Source: Actinomycetes bacterium
GTDB taxonomy: Bacteria > Planctomycetota > Phycisphaerae > JAACET01
Direction: 5' to 3'
DNA length: 64,000 bases
Assembly (NCBI GenBank): GCA_030614915.1
Contig: JAUXAG010000006.1
Location: 1,263-65,262, forward strand
In this document: one piece after another, positions 10,179 through 19,296 of the stretch
Position numbering within the stretch: the stretch's first letter is position 1
How the letters are laid out: every line of letters begins with the position of its first letter
Made by a program: the position numbers and the translations under genes
The notes under the pieces: model-generated
What the model was told of the DNA's origin: nothing
Seen by the model: only the letters and a program-made list of their open reading frames with translations
The model's database searches: none

Positions 10179-10583
10179 TCAGTCGATCTTTCTGTAGCCC
10201 AGGGCCTGGATGACTTCGAGGATTTCAGTGAGGGTGGGGAAGGGCCTATTGTTAGCCCGCTTGTAGTGATCCACGGCCATGACGAACTCAAACTGCTCGT
10301 CGGTCATTTCGCCCTCTTCGGCAGCCCTGCGGTCTTCCTCACGGCGGATACCAGGCCCTCGCCTTCGGTCGAGGCTCGAGCGGCGATCGACGGCTACGGG
10401 GATGTTGTTCTTCCTGCGGTCGGATCCCGCGCGGCGCTCGACGGGCACCTGGACAGTCTTTCTCCTGCGATCCAGGCCGGTACGACGGTCAAGGACGCTT
10501 CGCCTTCGGTCCGCATCGGAACGTCTCTCATCAGCGGGCCGGCTAGACTCGGGAACCTGGGTATTAGAATTCTGCTCGGTCAT
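10179..10583 (-). CDS. Small protein with tandem (D/E)RR repeats and C-terminal domain (FVMAVDHYKRANNRPFPT..EILEV...LGYRK)
   Basis: Coherent ORF, ATG at 10583 after GGGGAA; nine D/E-R-R units. Confidence 0.8.
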   Translation of the reverse strand: MTEQNSNTQVPESSRPADERRSDADRRRSVLDRRTGLDRRRKTVQVPVERRAGSDRRKNNIPVAVDRRSSLDRRRGPGIRREEDRRAAEEGEMTDEQFEFVMAVDHYKRANNRPFPTLTEILEVIQALGYRKID

Positions 10584-10660
10584 GTTTAGTTCCCCCAATG
10601 AGGGTTAGCCAACCAAACCGGCAAACGTGGACCAGAAACGCAAAAGAGCTGGTGCAGCGA

Positions 10661-11068
10661 CTAATCTCCGTCTTCGTCCATAAAAGGGTCGCGACGGAAG
10701 AGGAAGTCTTCTTCATCCTCAATGTTATCGTCATCCACGCGCGGGGGGGTTAGCTCTTCTTCATCTTCGTCATCTTCTTTATCGTGGCCATCGGGCCCGG
10801 CGAGGATGTGGGCTTCCATTTCCTCGCGGACGGTGATGACATCGGTGGCGTCGTCGAGCAACTCGGCGGGGACCAAGACGGCAACGCCTTTGCCAGATCG
10901 GCCGCTTTGCTGGTCCGCGTCGGTGTCAATGGCGGCCTGGATGTCGGCGTCGGCCAGGAGGGTCTGATAAAACTCGGCCTCGGCCCTGTTGGCGGCGAAG
11001 ATGACCGGCACAAGGCCTGAGGATTCCCGGCCGGGCTCGCAGGGCTGTTCAGATTCCTTGTAGGTCAC
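10661..11068 (-). CDS. DUF2007-like putative signal-transducing protein with acidic tail
   Basis: VPVIFAANRAEAEFYQTLLADADI...VAVLVP; GTG start after GGAG. Confidence 0.65.
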   Translation of the reverse strand: MTYKESEQPCEPGRESSGLVPVIFAANRAEAEFYQTLLADADIQAAIDTDADQQSGRSGKGVAVLVPAELLDDATDVITVREEMEAHILAGPDGHDKEDDEDEEELTPPRVDDDNIEDEEDFLFRRDPFMDEDGD

Positions 11069-11548
11069 GGCTAACTCCGCAGAGAATAAGACGCCCAAGT
11101 GTTTTTGATAATTTTATGCTTGAAGCGAGCTTTGGCAAGAGGTTCATAGGGGGGGCAGGAAATTTTTTTTGGGGGTCCGGAAGCTGCCGCTGAGAAGGTT
11201 GCGGGGGGGGCCGGGCTGAGCTCAGAGGAGGGCAGGTCGGGAAAAAAGCTCCTCCAGGGGGTGATAATATGGCCCCAGAGGAGCTAGGCAGGGCTTGGGT
11301 GGGTATTCCGGGCAAGGGGTGCAGGGGCTTGGGCCCCAAAGGCAGGTCCAAGGGAGGGGCAGAGGGGGTCCGCTGAGCAAAGGGTGCCAGGGAGAAAAAG
11401 TTCTTGTTTTGACGGTATCTGGCGTTATAATAGTAGCTTGAATTGTGGTGCCAGGGGCCGAGCATAAGCACCACCAACGGGCTGGGGGGCAAGGCCCGGA
11501 ACAGAGGGCCGCAGCGTCGGCGGACCTCAAAGGCCAACAGCGGCCAGT

Positions 11549-12913
11549 TTGCCAGGCCCCCAGCAGGAGAAAACCTTCGAGGTGGATACTCCGGTGCTAT
11601 GGCTGTGCATACTGTGCACGGCCCTTGGCCTGTTCTTTTCTATCAACAACTATACCCTGCGACATCTAACGTCGAGCGAGTTGGAGGCTATTCTGCGCCA
11701 GCGTCAGCCGGCCAAGTCCAGACGATGGGCAGTGGTAGATATCCAAGAGCTATTTTTGACCACCGCCTGCATGCGTTTTGCCTGCATTGTTGGTACAGTG
11801 CTGTGTATCGTCTATATGCTCATGAGCAAGGGTCTGTTCGCCGGCAGTCTCAAGGCTCAAGATGATCAACTGCTGCTCAGTCCGCAAGCCTTTGGCTGGG
11901 CACTGCTGGCTATTCTATTGATATCCAGCCCTATCGTGGCCCTGTTTTTCGTTGGTTTGCCGGTGGCCTGGTCGCGCTATGGTGGCCAAGCCGCTCTGGT
12001 AAAGAGCCTGCCCATCCTGCGTATTTTTTATGTGCTACTTTGGCCGGTGGTCCGCTTGCTGAGATCGTTCGAGCGGCTGGTACAGATTTTTCACCGTGAA
12101 AGGCCGGACGCGGCGGCCAAAGAACTGGAGCAGGATATTATGTCGGCAGTTGATGAAGGCACGCGGGAAGGGCTGTTGGGCCGCGATGAACGCAGCATGA
12201 TTAAAAGACTCATCGATTTTCACGACACTCAGGCGAGCAGTATAATGACGCCGCGCACGGAGATAGTGGCCGTCGAAGCCGGAGCCAGTCTGAAAGACAT
12301 AGAGGAACTGACGGCTACGGAGGGGCATTCACGGATTCCGGTCTACGAGCAAAGCCTGGACAACATCGTGGGGATGCTCTACGCCAAGGATGTGCTGCTC
12401 CACCTAGCCAACGGTGGGGAATTGTTTGACGTTCGTAAGATAATGCGGCCACCGATATTTGTGCCCCAGACCAAACGAATTGCAGATTTGCTGCGGGAGC
12501 TCAAGGCCAAGAAGGTGCACATAGTCGTGGTTCTCGACGAGTACGGGGGCACAAGCGGTCTGGTAAGTATAGAAGATATCCTGGAGGAAATCGTGGGGGA
12601 AATCGAGGACGAGTATGAGCCGCCGAGCCCGGAACCTTTGGTCCGGCTGGATGAGCATACGGTGGAAGTGGATGCCAAGGTCCGCGTGGAGCAGTTGGCT
12701 GAAGAGCTGAACGTCCAAGTGAACAACGACCAGGATGTGGATACAGTGGGCGGTCTGGTCTTTTCGCTGCTGGGGTACGTACCCCGGAAGGGCCAAGAGG
12801 TGGAACACCAGCGGTTGCGGTTCACAGTCCTGGATGCTGAGCGTCGGAAGATCAAGCGCTTGAAAGTAGAGGTGCAGTCCACGGTGAACGGTGCACAGAA
12901 CGAGGGAGACTGA
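11549..12913 (+). CDS. CNNM/hemolysin (TlyC/CorC-like) CBS-domain transporter
   Basis: TM region, IMTPR, HSRIPVY, VVLDEYGGTSGLVSIEDILEEIVGEIEDE, CorC_HlyC C-terminus; true start may be GTG 11582. Confidence 0.9.
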   Translation: MPGPQQEKTFEVDTPVLWLCILCTALGLFFSINNYTLRHLTSSELEAILRQRQPAKSRRWAVVDIQELFLTTACMRFACIVGTVLCIVYMLMSKGLFAGSLKAQDDQLLLSPQAFGWALLAILLISSPIVALFFVGLPVAWSRYGGQAALVKSLPILRIFYVLLWPVVRLLRSFERLVQIFHRERPDAAAKELEQDIMSAVDEGTREGLLGRDERSMIKRLIDFHDTQASSIMTPRTEIVAVEAGASLKDIEELTATEGHSRIPVYEQSLDNIVGMLYAKDVLLHLANGGELFDVRKIMRPPIFVPQTKRIADLLRELKAKKVHIVVVLDEYGGTSGLVSIEDILEEIVGEIEDEYEPPSPEPLVRLDEHTVEVDAKVRVEQLAEELNVQVNNDQDVDTVGGLVFSLLGYVPRKGQEVEHQRLRFTVLDAERRKIKRLKVEVQSTVNGAQNEGD

Positions 12914-12950
12914 ATTGGGGGGGATCAATAGCCCGGCAAAGAGGCGATAA

Positions 12951-13721
12951 GTGCTGGTAAAAGATATCGGTATCTGCGTGGGGCGTCAGGAGTACTCGGA
13001 AACCTCGCAAATCGCAACGATTTTCACCCGTGGTCAGGGTAAAATCCGTGGGATAGCCAAGGGTGCCCGCCGAGCGAAGAGCAAGTTCGGCGGGGGCATT
13101 GAGCTGCTGAGCCGAGGGCAGGTGGTGTTTAGTCCTGGGCACGGCAGGGGACTTGTTACCCTGACCGAATGGACGGCTCAAGAGAACTACCTGGGACTGA
13201 GGCGCGATTTGCGGCAACTTTATCGAGCGTATTACCTGGCGGAACTGGTCGATCTTTTTACCGAGGAACAGGACCGGCACGAGCAGTTGTACGATTTTTT
13301 CTGCCAAGGGCTCAGCGAGCTTTCTTCGGGGCGGGGCTGGGAGGAGTTTCTTGTCTTTCAGGTGCGGCTGCTGATGGAGGTGGGGCTGAGCCCGCAGTTG
13401 TCCAGCTGCGGGCGTTGCGGGAAGGGTTCCGGGGGCAGGGCGGCTGGGCATATAAGCTTCAGCGAGGGGGGAATATTGTGCCGGGGCTGTGCCGGGGGAG
13501 TGTCGGAAAAGGAGCGGATTTCGCCGGCGGGGCTGGAAATTCTGCGTAAGCTGTCCAGCCATGCTGCAAGAAGCCCGACAAACGAGCCGACATATAAACA
13601 GGGCGAAGCCGGCGGGGCTGTTCTGGAGGATGAGAAAGGCCGACAGGCCCAGAAGCTGCTGAACTATTGGGTTCGGTCGGCCCTGAATCGCGAGCCAAAG
13701 ACCGCTTACCTGCTGTGTTGA
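12951..13721 (+). CDS. recO: DNA repair protein RecO
   Basis: YSETSQI..FTR..GKIRGIAKGARR, CxxC...CxxC zinc finger. Confidence 0.92.
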   Translation: MLVKDIGICVGRQEYSETSQIATIFTRGQGKIRGIAKGARRAKSKFGGGIELLSRGQVVFSPGHGRGLVTLTEWTAQENYLGLRRDLRQLYRAYYLAELVDLFTEEQDRHEQLYDFFCQGLSELSSGRGWEEFLVFQVRLLMEVGLSPQLSSCGRCGKGSGGRAAGHISFSEGGILCRGCAGGVSEKERISPAGLEILRKLSSHAARSPTNEPTYKQGEAGGAVLEDEKGRQAQKLLNYWVRSALNREPKTAYLLC

Positions 13722-13745
13722 AGTCAGCCAAGAAGGGGGTATAAT
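13718..13745 (+). promoter_or_regulatory. Sigma70-type promoter for bamD-like/lptE-like/ftsH
   Basis: TTGAAG-N16-TATAAT. Confidence 0.55.
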
Positions 13746-13803
13746 AAGCGGGGCAAACTGCTTATGAGCTGGTGAGAATATTACAAGGTACAGAGGAAAA
13801 CGA

Positions 13804-14814
13804 ATGAAGCTTCGAATAGCCGCTCATCTCGGGATTGCCAGTGCTGTGGGGCTGATTGTGTGCTGGCCGGGTCCGCTGCAGGCCAAGCAGTGGCTATTTA
13901 GACCGCAAGGCGAACAGGAGGTCAAGGCGGGCAAGATAAGTCCGGACCGACAAGAACTGGATGAGGCCCATCGGCTTCTGGTTCAGGGTAAAGCAGGCAA
14001 GGCTCATAAGTTGCTGGGCAAATGGTTTAAGACGTTTCCCGACTCGGCTCTGAATGCGGAGGCGATGTACTATACAGGGCAAAGCCTGGAAGGTTTGGGT
14101 AAGCTGTATAAGGCGTTCGAGAAATACGAAGAACTTCTGCAGGAGTTCGGGGATACGGAATATTTCCACAAGGCTCTGGAGGCTCAGTTCGCAATTGCCC
14201 GAGAGTACCTGAATGGGAGAAAGCGCCCAATACTGGGCATTTTTAGGGTTTCAGCGGATGATGTAGGAGTGAAGATATTAGAGCGGATTCCGGAGCGCCA
14301 GCCGAGCAGTCTCTTGGCAGAACGCTCCTTGATACTGCTGGGTGATTACTACCTGGCAAAGAAGAAATATGACGAGGCTGTATATGCTTACGATCAACTG
14401 ATCGTGAGTTACTCGTCAAGCGCTTTTGTTCGGAAGGCGCGTCTTCAGGCGGCCAAGGCTTATCTGGGAAACTTTAAAGGCTCGGCGTTTGATCCAGCAC
14501 CGCTGATAGAGGCTAAAGAACGTCTGCTGGAATACCAGGCGCTTTACGGACCGAACGCACAGAGCAGCGAAGTGCAAGCGATGCTGGCAAAGATAGAAGA
14601 GTTGCAGGCCCGTCGGGCCTACGAGATCGGGCAATTTTATCAGCGGACCGGCAAAAAGGACTCGGCGAGGGTGAGTTTTGAAGGGGTTATCCGCCGCTGG
14701 CCGAATACCAAATGGGCGTCCAAGGCCCAGAGCAAGCTCAAAAAACTGGGCAAGAAAAGGGCGGATCAGGCGGGGCAGTTTCCGGCAGTGGTGAAATCGC
14801 TCAAAAAGGAATGA
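13804..14814 (+). CDS. Outer membrane assembly factor BamD-like TPR protein
   Basis: TPR helices, AYEIGQFYQRTGK..SARVSFEGVIRRWPNT; recO-bamD-lptE synteny. Confidence 0.75.
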   Translation: MKLRIAAHLGIASAVGLIVCWPGPLQAKQWLFRPQGEQEVKAGKISPDRQELDEAHRLLVQGKAGKAHKLLGKWFKTFPDSALNAEAMYYTGQSLEGLGKLYKAFEKYEELLQEFGDTEYFHKALEAQFAIAREYLNGRKRPILGIFRVSADDVGVKILERIPERQPSSLLAERSLILLGDYYLAKKKYDEAVYAYDQLIVSYSSSAFVRKARLQAAKAYLGNFKGSAFDPAPLIEAKERLLEYQALYGPNAQSSEVQAMLAKIEELQARRAYEIGQFYQRTGKKDSARVSFEGVIRRWPNTKWASKAQSKLKKLGKKRADQAGQFPAVVKSLKKE

Positions 14815-14818
14815 GACG

Positions 14819-15337
14819 ATGAAAAAGTCCTGGACTATGTGTCTGGTGGTCGTTTGGGCGGCAACTATGCCGGGTTGTGGGCGTACCGATCCGAGAGTCG
14901 GATATACCAACCGGAGCCTGTTCGACGAAAGCATCAAGTCGGTAGAGGTGCGAATTTTTTCCACCAAGGAGTTCCGGCGAGGGCTGGAGTTTGAGTTGAC
15001 CGAGGCTCTGGTCAAGCGGATAGAGGCGGACACACCGTACAAGGTTCTAAAGGGGCCCCAGGCGGATACGGTGCTGGAAGGTCAACTGGTGACTGTACCG
15101 CAAGCAGTGCTGGCCGATCTGTATGGGAGCGACCTGCCGGCTGAAAAACAACAGCGGCTGGCGGTGAATTTTACATGGAAGGATCGTCGTAGCGGCCAAA
15201 TATTGGCCAAAGGCAGCAATCTGCGGGTGGTGGCTGAGTATGCCCCGCCGGTGGGCGAGACCTTCTTTACGGGCCAACAGGAACTGATGGACGAGATGGC
15301 TCGTAAGATAGTCGGCCGGATGCGTGAACCTTGGTGA
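14819..15337 (+). CDS. LptE-like LPS assembly lipoprotein
   Basis: Lipobox-like Cys (MPGC), FRRGLEFELTEALVKRIE..TPYKV...ADTVLEG. Confidence 0.8.
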   Translation: MKKSWTMCLVVVWAATMPGCGRTDPRVGYTNRSLFDESIKSVEVRIFSTKEFRRGLEFELTEALVKRIEADTPYKVLKGPQADTVLEGQLVTVPQAVLADLYGSDLPAEKQQRLAVNFTWKDRRSGQILAKGSNLRVVAEYAPPVGETFFTGQQELMDEMARKIVGRMREPW

Positions 15338-15375
15338 GAGCCGGCGAAGCGAGTGTTGAAAAGCGGGAACCATTT

Positions 15376-17322
15376 ATGGCCAATCAAAACGATACGAATA
15401 AGCACAAGGCAAGCGGACCTTCGGGTCCGGGCAAGGGTGGGCCGGCGCCGAAGTTTTCGCGGGGGATTATGGGCTGGCTGGTGGGGATAATGCTGGCGGC
15501 CGTGCTGATCGCGGTGGTCTTTCAGGCAGGAGGGAGAAAAAGCTGGAGCCAGCCGGACTTCTGGCAAGCCAAGCAAGAGGGGCGCATACGGGGGGAGGTT
15601 ACTCTTAAAGATACCTCTATAGAGGGTGAGGGTATCGACGCCAAAGGCGAAGATGTCAACTTTGTGGTTGAGCTTCCGACCGGTCTGGTGGGTGACAATG
15701 ACTTTATCAAGCAATTTAGCGAAGGAGAGAACCCGGTAGAATACACCGTTGTGCGGACGCCGCTGCTGCTGCAAATACTGGCGACTATGCTGCCGTGGAT
15801 ACTGATAGTGGCGGTGGTGTGGTTTTTGGTGTTTCGGCAGATGCGCGGGGCAGCGGGCGGAGGAGGACTTCTGGGCAGCTTCGGGCGCAGCCGGCATCGA
15901 GTGGTTGCCAAGGAGCGGACGGACATTACCTTCCAGGACGTGGCGGGGATTGAAGAGGCCAAGGAAGAGGTTACAGAGCTGATCGAGTTCCTGCGGAACC
16001 CGGGCAAGTTTCAACGGCTGGGCGGACGGATTCCGCGGGGAGTGCTGCTGATCGGGGCGCCGGGGACGGGTAAGACGCTGTTGGCCCGGGCGATAGCCGG
16101 TGAAGCCAATGTGCCGTTTATGCATATCAGCGGGTCGGACTTCGTGGAGATGTTCGTGGGGGTGGGGGCATCGCGAGTCCGGGACCTGTTCAAACAGGCG
16201 AAGGATGCGTCTCCGTGCATTATCTTTCTGGATGAGATCGACGCGGTCGGCCGACGGCGGGGAGCGGGCTTTAACGGCGGCGGTGGCCACGATGAGCGAG
16301 AACAGACCCAGAATGCCATCCTGGTGGAGAGGGACGGGTTCGATAGTAACGACCAGGTAATCGTGATCGCCGCCACGAACCGGGCGGACGTGCTGGACCC
16401 GGCCTTGACCCGCCCGGGAAGGTTCGACAGACAGGTTTATATACCGCTGCCGGATATCAAAGGGCGGCTGGAGATTCTGAAGGTGCATGCCCGGAAGGTT
16501 AAGCTCTCGCCGGATGCGGATCTGGGTCGGCTGGCGCGAGGGACGGGAATGCTGGCGGGGGCAGACCTGGCGGCGATTATCAACGAGGCGGCGATCGGGG
16601 CGACGATGGCGGGCAAGGAGGCAGTGGAGCTGTCGGATTTGGAAGAGGCTCGGGATAAGATGCACTGGGGGCGGGCACGGAAGAGCCAAGTTATAGATGA
16701 GAATGAAAAGAAGGTTACGGCCTATCATGAGGCGGGGCACGCTTTGATAACCCATCTTCTGCCGGAGGCTGAGCCGCTGCATAAAGTTTCGATTATTCCG
16801 CGGGGCCAAGCCTTGGGGGCAACGTTCCAATTGCCCGAGCAGGACAGACACCTGTGGACCAAACGCCGGGCCATGAGCGAGATTCAGGTAGCCCTGGGAG
16901 GAAGGGCGTCCGAGCAGATGTTCTGCGACGATATTTCCTCGGGCGCAGCCGAGGATATCCGCAAGGCCACCGCCCTGGCCAGGTGGATGGTCTGCGATTG
17001 GGGAATGAGCGAGAAGGTGGGCCTAGTGAGGCACACGAAGGAGGCCTCGCAGACCCCCTGGGGCGACGTGCATGCCCCGGGCGAGTACTCGGACGAGACA
17101 GCCCGAATAATTGACGAGGAGATCAAGGCCCTGCTGGATAAGGCCTATAGCAAGGCCGAGGATATGCTCAAAGACCACCGCCAGCAGCTCGAGCATTTAG
17201 CCCAGGCCCTGCTCAAATACGAGACCCTCGACGTTACTGACGTCGAGCGAATCTTCAAGGGCGAGAGCCTCGAAAAATCCACCGTCGCCGATTTGATTGA
17301 GAAGGAAAGCGAGAAGGCGTAG
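15376..17322 (+). CDS. ftsH: ATP-dependent zinc metalloprotease FtsH
   Basis: Two [42 protein letters not shown]; ATG 15376 preferred. Confidence 0.96.
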   Translation: MANQNDTNKHKASGPSGPGKGGPAPKFSRGIMGWLVGIMLAAVLIAVVFQAGGRKSWSQPDFWQAKQEGRIRGEVTLKDTSIEGEGIDAKGEDVNFVVELPTGLVGDNDFIKQFSEGENPVEYTVVRTPLLLQILATMLPWILIVAVVWFLVFRQMRGAAGGGGLLGSFGRSRHRVVAKERTDITFQDVAGIEEAKEEVTELIEFLRNPGKFQRLGGRIPRGVLLIGAPGTGKTLLARAIAGEANVPFMHISGSDFVEMFVGVGASRVRDLFKQAKDASPCIIFLDEIDAVGRRRGAGFNGGGGHDEREQTQNAILVERDGFDSNDQVIVIAATNRADVLDPALTRPGRFDRQVYIPLPDIKGRLEILKVHARKVKLSPDADLGRLARGTGMLAGADLAAIINEAAIGATMAGKEAVELSDLEEARDKMHWGRARKSQVIDENEKKVTAYHEAGHALITHLLPEAEPLHKVSIIPRGQALGATFQLPEQDRHLWTKRRAMSEIQVALGGRASEQMFCDDISSGAAEDIRKATALARWMVCDWGMSEKVGLVRHTKEASQTPWGDVHAPGEYSDETARIIDEEIKALLDKAYSKAEDMLKDHRQQLEHLAQALLKYETLDVTDVERIFKGESLEKSTVADLIEKESEKA

Positions 17323-17422
17323 ACAGCCGCGGGCAACTAGCTTTTTCTGTCAAGTCTATTCAAGTTTAACGCCCTCGCGAGCAAATCCCAACAGAGCCAT
17401 TCTTATTCAAAGGGGAGCGACA

Positions 17423-17500
17423 CAGTTCGTCATTCTTTTCTAATTTCCTTACCTTGACTCCGAGCCTAGAAGCTTCATCCGCATCGATTACCACACCGTG
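17423..17500 (-). pseudogene. Fragment resembling C-terminal part of SDH-family (ClpP-fold) serine protease
   Basis: Translates HGVVIDADEASRLGVKVRKLEKNDEL with no convincing start; lies just 3' of the tRNA. Confidence 0.4.
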
Positions 17501-17587
17501 AGCAAGCGCGCCAAAATCGGGCAAACCAAGGTAAGTCGCGAAAGAGCCGTACTCAGTAAGACAATGCTGAGAAATGACTTACAAAAA

Positions 17588-17662
17588 TGCGCCCGGCAGG
17601 ACTCGAACCTGCGACCTGCGGTTTAGGAAACCGCCGCTCTATCCGGACTGAGCTACGAGCGC
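17588..17662 (-). tRNA. tRNA-Arg(CCT), CCA not encoded
   Basis: GCGCTCG TAGCTCAGTCCGGATAGAGC GGCGGT-TTCCTAA-ACCGC AGGTC GCAGGTTCGAGTCCTGC CGGGCGC A. Confidence 0.97.
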
Positions 17663-18039
17663 AACATACTTTTTCATAAAGAGATACAACTCCAACAAAA
17701 ACCACGAATACCTTCTACGACAAGCTTTACGATAACCACGCTGGGGGGTGTACTGACGTCTAAGAGAGCGGATATCTGTGGTCTCTGGTGAGGTCCCTAG
17801 GTATGCATACCCCAGCCGCTTTGCTGTCCCCTGTTATGCCGGACGCTGATGGTTTTGCTCTAAGAAGTCTACCAGAGCTCCAGGAGTCAAGATAGAGTTA
17901 AATGCCAGAGATCTTGTATGATAATGCCCCGGCGGATGCTGAAGCAGCATCTGCCGAGCCAACATACTGTGCGGCCCATGGCGATTATAGTCCGAGCGGC
18001 AGTATTACCTGGACCAACGTTGCCAGCGGGTTGTTGTCC

Positions 18040-19146
18040 CTATCGGAGCATTATCTGACCACCGGTAACAGCAATGGCCTGGCCGGTCTCGTACTTCTGC
18101 TCGATCAGGTAGTACACTGCGTTAATGATGTCGGATACATCGCAGCCGCGTCCCATCGGCACCTTAGCTTCATAGGCCTTGCGAACGTCTTGGACGGTTT
18201 TGGCTCCGGGGACCTTGCCGGCTCGCAGGTATTGGGCGAACAGACCGTTTTGCGGATCAGACCACAGCGGGCCATCGAAAAAATTGCCCGGACAAATGGA
18301 GTTAACCTTGATCCCATCGGAAACCAATTCCAAGGCGAACGACTGAGTCAGTCCGATTCCGCCGAACTTGCTGCCAGCGTAGGCGCTGTTGCAGTTGGAA
18401 CCTACCAGGCCGCTTTTGGAGTTGATCTGGATGATATCAGAAATATAGTCCGGCTTGGCCAGATGTTGGACGGCCAGTATGGGAGCGGCCTTCTGCACAC
18501 ACAGGAAGTAGCCTTTGTAGTTCACGGCGGTGACGAGGTCAAAATCCTCTGTCGGTTGAGTTTTCACACTCTGGGCTTTCAGCACGCCGGCGTTGGATAT
18601 AAGAATGTCCAGTCCGCCGTATGCACGAACGGTCTGATCTATTGCCTTGCCGACAGACTCGCTGTCGGTAACGTCGATGGCCAGACCCTTGGCCCGCCCG
18701 GGGCCATGAATCTTGCACAGCTGCTCGGCCTCGCTGCGGGCACCGTGCTCATCAATGTCTGCCAAGACTACGTAAGCGCCTTGTTCAGCAAGGTCCTGGG
18801 CGATTCCCAGACCGATGCCTTGAGCTGCCCCGCTAACCAAAGCCACCATTGCCCCCACCCGCCCAGCTTGCATATAGTCTTCGACGACGCTAAAGAGCCC
18901 CACGTTCTTGACCCCAACAACTTGCACCGGCTCTGGGGCTGCTTCAATAGCCCCCGTCAGCCGTTCTACCACCTGCTCTGCTGATGCTTTAGCCGGTATC
19001 TCAACTGCTAGAGAACTGGGCGGATCGCTGGCCGACTCGCTGAAACGGACGAGACTGAGCTTATCGACCTGGGCCAAAAGTGCCCTCAGGGCCGGAGCTA
19101 CTATGTTTATCAAGCGGTTTTGCTCATCGACTGTCATGGTCTGCAT
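18040..19146 (-). CDS. SDR oxidoreductase, sorbitol-6-phosphate dehydrogenase (SrlD)-like, with N-terminal extension
   Basis: SGAAQGIG, SNAG, IIQINSKSG..GS..NSAYAGSKFGGIGLTQSFALEL, TGQAIAVTGGQ; ATG 19146 after AGGAG. Confidence 0.85.
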   Translation of the reverse strand: MQTMTVDEQNRLINIVAPALRALLAQVDKLSLVRFSESASDPPSSLAVEIPAKASAEQVVERLTGAIEAAPEPVQVVGVKNVGLFSVVEDYMQAGRVGAMVALVSGAAQGIGLGIAQDLAEQGAYVVLADIDEHGARSEAEQLCKIHGPGRAKGLAIDVTDSESVGKAIDQTVRAYGGLDILISNAGVLKAQSVKTQPTEDFDLVTAVNYKGYFLCVQKAAPILAVQHLAKPDYISDIIQINSKSGLVGSNCNSAYAGSKFGGIGLTQSFALELVSDGIKVNSICPGNFFDGPLWSDPQNGLFAQYLRAGKVPGAKTVQDVRKAYEAKVPMGRGCDVSDIINAVYYLIEQKYETGQAIAVTGGQIMLR

Positions 19147-19296
19147 CGCTCCTGTATTTGGGCTTATCGGTTTGGCAGTAGCCTTTAACAACGGCTACAC
19201 CCAGCTTGACAAGGCCAGAGATTCGCGGTTCGGCTGTTTCTTTTGCCCACCATCATACCCGCTTCCGCAGGAATGATCCCTTGGGAGACATTCGGG

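Noticed and set aside
11100-11540. G-run-rich spacer as G-quadruplex or Pro-rich ORF
   Set aside because: Consistent with the strong local G skew; the ORFs are low-complexity artefacts.
15082-16851. 589-aa antisense ORF over ftsH (similar long shadows over thrC, SDR, mutL, lipA, ABC)
   Set aside because: Antisense shadow of conserved GC-rich genes; no motifs or RBS.
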